From the NCBI RefSeq assembly GCF_009914755.1, contig NC_060947.1: a DNA stretch of 64,000 nt. One strand, given 5' to 3'. The notes beneath the pieces were generated by a model. The model made no database searches, was not told the DNA's origin, and saw nothing but the letters and a program-made list of their open reading frames with translations. Of this stretch, positions 1 through 64,000 are shown piece after piece (position 1 is the first letter of the stretch; each line of letters begins with the position of its first letter). A program made the position numbers and the translations under genes. Source of the DNA: the human T2T-CHM13v2.0 reference genome, Homo sapiens.

Positions 1-264
1 TCTAAAAGTGACCCACCACACACCAAGAACCAAGAGAAATGGGCTCTCAAACTTGTCTTATAGGCAAGAGCTGAGGTCAGGTAGAAACAAGTATACAAAA
101 AACACAGTGACCTCAGCTCTGTAGCCTCTCCCACCTGTTTCCTCATTTGAAAAATAAAAACACTGGACTGTTATTTTGGCCAGTGAATTTGTTATGGGAG
201 TGAAGTATAAAAAATAAAGTGACTGAGAAAATGCCGAGAATATAAAAATGCTTTTAAGAATCTA

Positions 265-896
<632 letters not shown>

Positions 897-1665
897 GAAT
901 CTGAAGTGGGAGGAGCAATTGGAATTATTAAATTATTAAAGGATTTGGTGACAGACTCTAATTATGTTTTCCTTATTCAAAAACAAGCCCCAAACTGAAG
1001 TAAATAAAATGTGAGGTATATGTAACTAAGTATACCTTACTACAGAGTGTATATAACTCATAGACATTCTTGCTCAAATGAGAATAGCTTCTGGAAGCAC
1101 TTTGGCAAAAATAAAAAAAGGCCAAAGGTGGGGAAAAAACCTTCAAGACACAAAAACTGCAGTTCTCTCTCCCTCAGGTATGATCCAAGAATAGCTGTCT
1201 GCTTTGGAAGAATCCAGAATGGGTCAAGAGAATAGCAAATCCTGTGGCCCTGTATATGAATGATTCTAGATAGAATGTGGGATGTCACTGAGCAAAACTA
1301 GAGGTGGGGAAATTCATCTTATTCATATCACCTTGCAACACTACTAGAGTATTCTTTCCTTGCCCCCTAAAAAAGCTACTCAGGCTGGACTGGTAGTCAA
1401 ACCTTTAGCCAGTGTTCTCAACTTTCCCATCTACACACCCTAAATAGCAGGGTTAGGACAAGGCGGCTCGGCGCTGAAGGCTCGCAGATGAATTAATTGA
1501 AATCTGTCTCAATTCTTGTGTGTGTTGTAGTATACCATAATATATTCATGTTTGCGTTTTTCAAATAAAATTTGACCATCCAAGAGGCTGAGTGATATAC
1601 ATCCTATCTTCACAAACCCCAGTTAAAGGGTTATGAAGTTAGAATATAATCAAAAGACTGTACCT

Positions 1666-1671
1666 TTTATT
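1666..1671 (-). promoter_or_regulatory. candidate poly(A) signal AATAAA just after the MAP7D2 stop
   Basis: + strand TTTATT; U-rich sequence downstream on the minus strand; usage unproven. Confidence 0.35.
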
Positions 1672-1689
1672 AAAGGGATGCTGTATTTG

Positions 1690-55729
<54,040 letters not shown>

Positions 55730-56133
55730 CTATCTGCTAAGTACTATAGGCAACTGGGCATGGCACCCGAGTCTGACTGCACGTGCACATCATCCATCTC
55801 CATCACTTCAACCAAAGGAAGTCCAATCTGTCACTCTCCATGACACACACAGCTGAGGGGCAGCAGCTACCACTTTCGCATGCACCTGCCAAGCTGTCCT
55901 GTAGTTGGGCCAACATCAGCCCCAGAGGACAAAGCCCCTTCCTTAATCCTTTGCCCCCAGGCAGACAAGGGGTCAGAAAGTACAGTAAGTGACAGACGGG
56001 CCTGGCAGTGTGCAGAGAAGCCCACTAGGCCTCGTCTAGTCAGGCTCCCAAGCCTGAAGCAGGACCACCTGGGGGAGAGGAGAAGCACAAAAATGGACAA
56101 AATTTTGAATACTGCTCATTACACAGACACTGA

Positions 56134-56487
<354 letters not shown>

Positions 56488-56798
56488 CTATGAAAGACAA
56501 CACTCAAGTTCAATTTTGGTTCTGCCAAGTTTGTGCCAATGTCAATCTTAGTATCTTAGAATCATCCAAATATCTACAACAAATAAGATGGAACAAATGA
56601 CAACTTCCCCGAAAATGTCTGAGAAATATCCCTGGAGCTTTTCATCTCCAACCAACCCCTGCAGAACCCTAAAGGGCTTTCTAAACAAAAGATTAAATGG
56701 ATCTTCATGATCATTTTAGGATTACAAATAATTTACTGCACTCTGTTACAACTGGACCCAGTATATTATGTATATAATATTTAAGCACACCATTCTTT

Positions 56799-57063
<265 letters not shown>

Positions 57064-59618
57064 AAGCACACCATTCTTTAGAAGTCAGCTTTCATGTTAA
57101 TATAACCAGGTTCACTTCCCCAGCATCTGTGCCTTCCTCTCTGGGAGCATCACAAGTTGGCATCATAGTGTGCCTTGCTGCCACAGCAACCTGTGCTTCT
57201 TCTAAGGAGGTTCCTGCTGCTGTCCAGGAGGGAGGCCTGAAGGCCTGGCCCACAGTGTAGGCAGTGGGAATGAGGAAGGGGGATGGCGTGACAAACACTG
57301 GATTGTCATGATTCCCCACATACATCTGGTTTTGCAGCCTAGATTAAATATCAGGGATATTAAAATGAGATAAGTACTAGAAAAATCCAAGTGCCATTCT
57401 TCATTTTGTTTTTGGTCATCTCTTAATCATTATGACACTATCAACAATATGAACGTCATCAAAAATTTAAAGGCCAACTCCTCAGCTCATTCCAGCCACC
57501 CCGCAATCTGACTCCAAACTCTTTTCCCAACTTTACCTCAGCACTGCCCTTTCTCCCATGCACCTTCTAGCTCATGCCATCCTTTATTCTACCCTGCTCC
57601 ATCTGTTTAAACCCTGCCCATCTTCAAGACCCCCACTGTCCCCCAGCCCTATGATGCTCTGTGCTCCCACATGGTTTGAGGACTCTTATTCTGCTCTCTC
57701 TGTAACTCAGTCTCCCCTGGTGTGTTCCAGAGCCATGTGTGGCTGATGCAACTCTGGGTCTATACAGCTCCGGCCACTGTCCCCTTACATGGTGGCACCA
57801 ATGCATGCACACAATGCTCAGAGGCAGGTGTGAAGTTAGTGGAAGGGGAACAAGCATAGAAAATCAAGTTTCTTTTTTCTCTAAACACAGTCAGGTTCTA
57901 GTGTCTACCTCAAGAGTCTGATTAATAAGAATTAGTTCTGTGTGAAAAGTTACAAAGAAAAGCCTAGGACGCCTAGACAGACGCTCTCATTGGCACCTAC
58001 ACAAACTCACCCACCCAGGCAGGGCCTGAACCTAGCTCTGTACTGCCCATGCTGCCCTCTAGGTGTTCATGGGCCTGCTCCGTATCTAAAGTAAGCCTGA
58101 AAATGGCTGAAAGCGCTCTTCAAACAGAGGGAAAAAAGAAAAACAGAGAAGAAAAAGGGCCAAACACACTTGAAACTGCCCACATTACCTTGAGGCTTTA
58201 CAGAGGCTGCTTGTTCCACAGACATGCATGATTTTAGGCTGCCCTCTCATGGACACACATGAGAGTCACACCTTCAAATCATCTTTCCAGAAAATCTTTA
58301 TTATCATGCTCACAGTCATCATCACCAGCATCATCATAATAAGAGGTAATAACTGAGCAGTTCCCAAGGACAAAGTGCACTGCTCAGACTTTCTCAGCCC
58401 AACCACCCTATGATGACAGAGGTGCTGTGATGATCCTTGTCTTACAGGTGTAGAAACAGAGGCACTTGAAGCCAGATTCCAATGCAAGAAACTGGCTTCA
58501 GGACCCACTTTAAAAACCATTAAATTTTTTTTTCCTAATCTCTCACATCTGGCGGAAAGGACCCACATTCTCAGTTACCGCTTTTCTGTGCTGCTTCCCT
58601 GGCACGGGAAGAAATGTAACACCTTAGTCTTAGTGCTGTAACGAAGTGATGCATGCAGGGAACAAATCTTAACCTGGCCCCAAGAATGAGCTTGCAAATC
58701 TAAAGAGAAGTCAAGTGTGACTCATTAGAGCAGTATGAAGTAAGCAGTACTGTGAGCCAAGCGCTGGCCCAGCTGGACACAGATGTGGCTCCTGTCCAGG
58801 CAGGCTAATTAGCAGCTTCCTCCTCACACTAGTGGTTTGAAAATGTTTGCTCAGCAATGTTTTAGGGCTGATGCTGGGTGGGGAAGGGGTTACAGAGGAC
58901 CCTGGGGGAAGCTGTAAGGCCTCTCCTTGCTCATGCCACAATGCATGGCCGTCTCTTTCTTTTTTAAATTCAGTTTTATCCCACTGAAAGGGGTGGAGTG
59001 ACTCAAACAGCCCAACATGGGCAATGTGGAATCTCTGTGTTCATTTGGTAGCCATGAGCTATACATGGCTATTTAAATTTCATATCAAAATTAAGTACAG
59101 TTACAGTTCAGTTCTTTAGTCACACTGGGCACACTTTAGGCGCTTAATAGCCACATGTGGCTGGCGGTTACCACCCTGCAGTGAGAAGCCTGGCAGCTCC
59201 CTCCTGTGATTCTCTCTCTGCACGTCTAGCTGCTCTGGGGCACATGTGGATAAGGAAGTCTGAGTTCAGTCGGGATTGAGATTTACTGGATGAGTAAAGC
59301 TTCTTCCACACAGCATCTGCTTCTTCTGCTTAATTGTTGAGCAAACATTTTGAGAATATCCATTCCAAGAGAAGCCAAATTAACTCATCTCCAGCTTCCA
59401 CCTTCTGACTCTACATGTTTCTCCCAAAGGCTGTCAAAAAGCCCTTGAGCTCATTCCGAGGTAAGGAGGGCTGGAGCACAAACCATGGCCTCTAACAAAT
59501 AAACCAGTTATTACCAAAACACAGCCAGATTTAAACCAGAGGAATTGAGGTAGATTACTGTGAACACTAACACCAGGAGATGCCCTCTAAAGACACAGTG
59601 TATCCAAGAAGTAATGCT

Positions 59619-59966
59619 TGATATGGTTTGGCTCTGTGTCCCCACCCAAATCTCATCTTGAATTGTACTCCCATAATTCCCAGGTGTTGTGGGAGGGAAC
59701 TGGTGGGAGATAATTTCAATCATGGGGGCAGTATTCCCCATACTGTTCTCATGGTAGTGAATAAGTCTCACGAGATCTGATGATTTTATTTCTGCGTTTG
59801 CATCTTCCTCATTTTCTCTTGCCGCTGCCATGTAAGAAATGCCTTTCGCCTCCCTCCATGATTCTGAGGCCTCCCCAGCCATTTGGAACTCTAAGTCCAA
59901 TTAAACCTCCTTTTCTTCCCAGTCTTGGATATGTCTTTATCAGCAGTGTGAAAATAGACTAATACA
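59619..59966 (+). mobile_element. THE1 solo LTR (MaLR)
   Basis: TGATATGGTTTGGCTCTGTGTCCCCACCC...GACTAATACA; TSD ATGCT / GTGCT. Confidence 0.92.
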
Positions 59967-60083
59967 GTGCTGAATTCAGTTCCAAAAGAAAGTCTTTATG
60001 TATGGCCTGAAATCCTAAAATGTCTAACTTTCCTACCCAATCATCCTTTGTCCATGTGCCCTATTTGTGTGCATTTATCATCT

Positions 60084-60385
<302 letters not shown>

Positions 60386-60651
60386 CATCTCTTTCTTTTT
60401 TTAAAACCAGGGACCCAGTTTTACCTTTGAACTCCATAAGAACTTATGGAGAACAGATCCATGCCTACATGCTTGCCAGGGGTTGAGAGGGTAGGGGTGG
60501 GAGGGAAGTGGATGTCTATAAAAGGCATCATGAAATGTACTCTGTCTTGATTGTATCAGTGGTAACATTTTAGTTGTGATACTGTTCTATAGTTTTGTAG
60601 GATACTACCACTGGGGGAAACCAGGTAAAGGGTACATGGGCTCTCTCTGTA

Positions 60652-61300
<649 letters not shown>

Positions 61301-62117
61301 TATAATATTTCTTATAGCTGCGTGTGGATTGACAATGACCTCAAAATACAAAAGTTTAATTATTTTTTAAAAAAATCTGGCCCAAATGTGAAGCCCTGGG
61401 AAGGACCTAAAGGGGATACCCTCTCAGAGATGCCCTACCCAGGAGAAGGACAAAGAGCACCCATGTCAGAGCCACCCCTTCCCCACTGTTGATGCAATAA
61501 TGTTTCCCAGGGCAACAGCATCCAGGCAAACTTGCAACTCTGAAACAGAGGTCTTTTCCTGGGCAATTAATTCCTACAAAAAAATTGGAATAAAACAGGG
61601 ATACTGAGCAGTCAAACAACTATCTTATGTTAACAGAAAAGCATAAAATCTCATACTTGACTGAGATCCTACTATCCCTGGGCTGCAGGAACACATTTTT
61701 AAAAACTAATTTTAAAATGAATTTTATTAGCTTGAAGTACTCTCCTATAGAATATTAATGACCTGATATTAGTCAATTATTCATGGTAAGAACCACTATC
61801 AAAATACAAAGTTTTAAAGGGAAGCCAGCTGTGTTCAACTTTGAAAAATTAATCACATTAAATGAATTTTAAAATAACCTTTCCGATCACACTCAGATTT
61901 GTGCAACTGCAATGTCCAGAAAAAAAGGGAAGGAGGAATGAAGAGCTCATCCAATAGGAAATACAATGAAGGGTCCTCACCTCCTCTGGGGAGCCATCCT
62001 GATCCCTTCAAGGGGTTGCCAGGCATCCTCTGCTCTGTGGACTCACAGGCACTGTTTCCCACCTTAATGGTCACTCTTGGTTGCACTGTGATGATCTGTT
62101 TAAGCATGTGGAGACCA

Positions 62118-62482
62118 CCGCTTCTCAACTTTGGCTATACAATGGAATCACCTGGAGAGCTTTCAAAAATATAGATGCCTGGGTCTCCCTTCAGATTCTG
62201 ATCTAGTCAGTCTTAGGTGTGGTTTAGGCACTGTTGCTTTAAAAGCCCCGCGTGTGATTCTAATGTGCATCCAGACCTGACAACTGTCCTAGCCCACTGC
62301 TCACCACACTTGAGCATGCATCAGAACCACCTGGAGGGCTTGTGAAAATGACTGCTGGACATCACCTCCAGAACTTCTGATGGAGTAAGTCTGGGGTGAG
62401 CCAGAGAATCTGCCTTTCTAACAAGCTTCCAGGTGAGGCTGACACTACTGGTCCAGGGCCCACACCTTGAGAACCAGTGTTC
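62118..62482. mobile_element. Two adjacent MER5-like elements
   Basis: Repeated GAATCACCTGGAGAGC / GAACCACCTGGAGGGC and TTCTAACAAG motifs. Confidence 0.7.
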
Positions 62483-62719
62483 TAGATTATGGTGATTCTA
62501 CAGGGCAGGGCCCTCCCTGTGGCTACTCTCTGTATGACAGAGCTCAGCAGAGTGAGCCCCAAAACAGTCTGCAGAAGGAATGACTGATCACCTGCCACAT
62601 TCCTCCACAGTGTTTACCTTTGCCAAGGTTGTTACTGTCCTACATGCTACTGTCTAGGTCTGTTTGTTTTGTTTTGTTTTGTTTTGTTTTCCGTGGAGGT
62701 GGAAGGCAGGGGCAGGGGG

Positions 62720-62833
62720 ACTGGGTCTTACTATGCTGCCCCTGGTTGATCTTTAACTCCTGGCCTCAAGCAATCCTCCTGCCTCAGCCTCTCCAGTCGC
62801 TGTGATTACAGGTGTGCACCACCCTGCCAGGCT
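62720..62833 (-). mobile_element. Alu monomer (FLAM-like)
   Basis: Single reverse arm. Confidence 0.75.
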
Positions 62834-63454
62834 TTGGGTCTTTTCATTTGACCCTTGTCCTCTAAACTCTTGTCTTATCTCTGAATCTCTGGCACCCTAA
62901 AGACTGGGAGGGACTCAAAAAGTTGCTGAATCAAAGGGCCACGAATATTATGTCCCATTGATGGAAACCTCCCAATTTGCAGAATATTTTAACCTCATAC
63001 CAGAAGTGTCTATAAAAACAACCAACATTTTAAGGCATCTTTGTACCCATTTTTCTGCTAGAGTTGTGGGAGGAATACAAGGGTAAAGAAAGGAAGGCAC
63101 TCCATGAGCTGCTCCCCATAGCCCCACCCCCAACACACACACAGATTAATCTTTCCATTGAATTCCATCAGTGCTCTGATTCTCACAGACCTTTTTCCTC
63201 TTTACTTCACATTCGGGTCCTTCCCTCTCTCATTCACCACCCTCAGGCACAGGAAACTCTACCCTCCCGATGCCCTCTCTCGCCAACCCTCCCTTTCCAG
63301 TCCATCCATCAGGATACAAGCTTCTTAAGGGCAGGGCTATGTTCCATTTCTTCTTGTAGCCCCCAAAGGGCCTAGCACAGTGTTTTGTGCACAGTAAGCA
63401 CTCAAGAAATGTCAAGTTCATGAAGGGGAAGCAGTAACATATACTGAGCACCTC

Positions 63455-63656
63455 AGTTTTTGTTCTGTCTTGGCCTCCAGGGGATTGGAGGATCCCACCC
63501 ACGTTGAGGGTGGATCTTCCCCCACCTAGTCCACTCAGACTCACACACCAATTTCCTCTGAAAACACTCTCACAGACACACACAAAAATAATGCTTTACC
63601 AGCTCTCTAGGTATTCCCCAATCCAGTCAAGTTGACACTAAAAATTAACCATCACA
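63455..63656 (-). mobile_element. MLT2-type LTR fragment
   Basis: Ends AATTAACCATCACA, the reverse of the MLT2 start TGTGATGGTTAAT. Confidence 0.7.
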
Positions 63657-63910
63657 CTGGATAAATATAATATGGCGTTATACATCCATACAATGAAATA
63701 ATGTTCAGCCATAAAAAAGGAATGAAGGGGATGGGAGACATTGTGAAACACTACTAATGGGTTCAAGATTTCTTTTGGGAGTGATGAAAATGTGATGGTA
63801 TTTTAGGCAGTGGTGACAGTTTCACAACATTGCGAATGTACAAAATGCCACCAGATTACACTTCAAAATGATTAATGTTATTATTAGTAAATTATATTGC
63901 AATAAAAGAA
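63657..63910 (+). mobile_element. L1M 3' fragment
   Basis: CATCCATACAATGAAATAATGTTCAGCCATAAAAAAGGAATGAA. Confidence 0.75.
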
Positions 63911-64000
63911 TTTGTAGTGCTCCCCCCCACCCCAAAAAAAGCAAAATACCAAAAACCACATCAGGGAGTGTTCCACAACAAGGCTTAAAATCCAGAGCCT

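Overview
Human genomic DNA: Alu-rich, with a human-specific AluYb8 and an exact miR-23c sequence. The window covers most of the X-linked gene MAP7D2 (MAP7 domain-containing protein 2) on the minus strand. I traced 14 canonical coding exons by splice signals and phase, from 55683 down to the stop codon at 1690-1692 (2069 nt in the window). With a 130-nt coding exon 1 beyond the right edge, this gives the 732-aa protein I recall. Two further in-frame cassette exons are present (99 nt and 123 nt). One donor is GC, one acceptor has a 24-nt tandem alternative, and a 3'-UTR donor overlaps an AATAAA. The intronic MIR23C hairpin lies at 7975-8074. Introns hold about 30 Alus, L1/L2/MIR relics, DNA transposon relics, a rearranged HERV-L provirus, and a two-LTR MER68-like ERVL provirus with an env-TM remnant. 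I see no new gene system. The best leads are unannotated-looking splice options, the provenance of miR-23c, and rearrangements inside the two proviruses. Family names come from recalled consensus sequences, not searches. Repeat boundaries are approximate.
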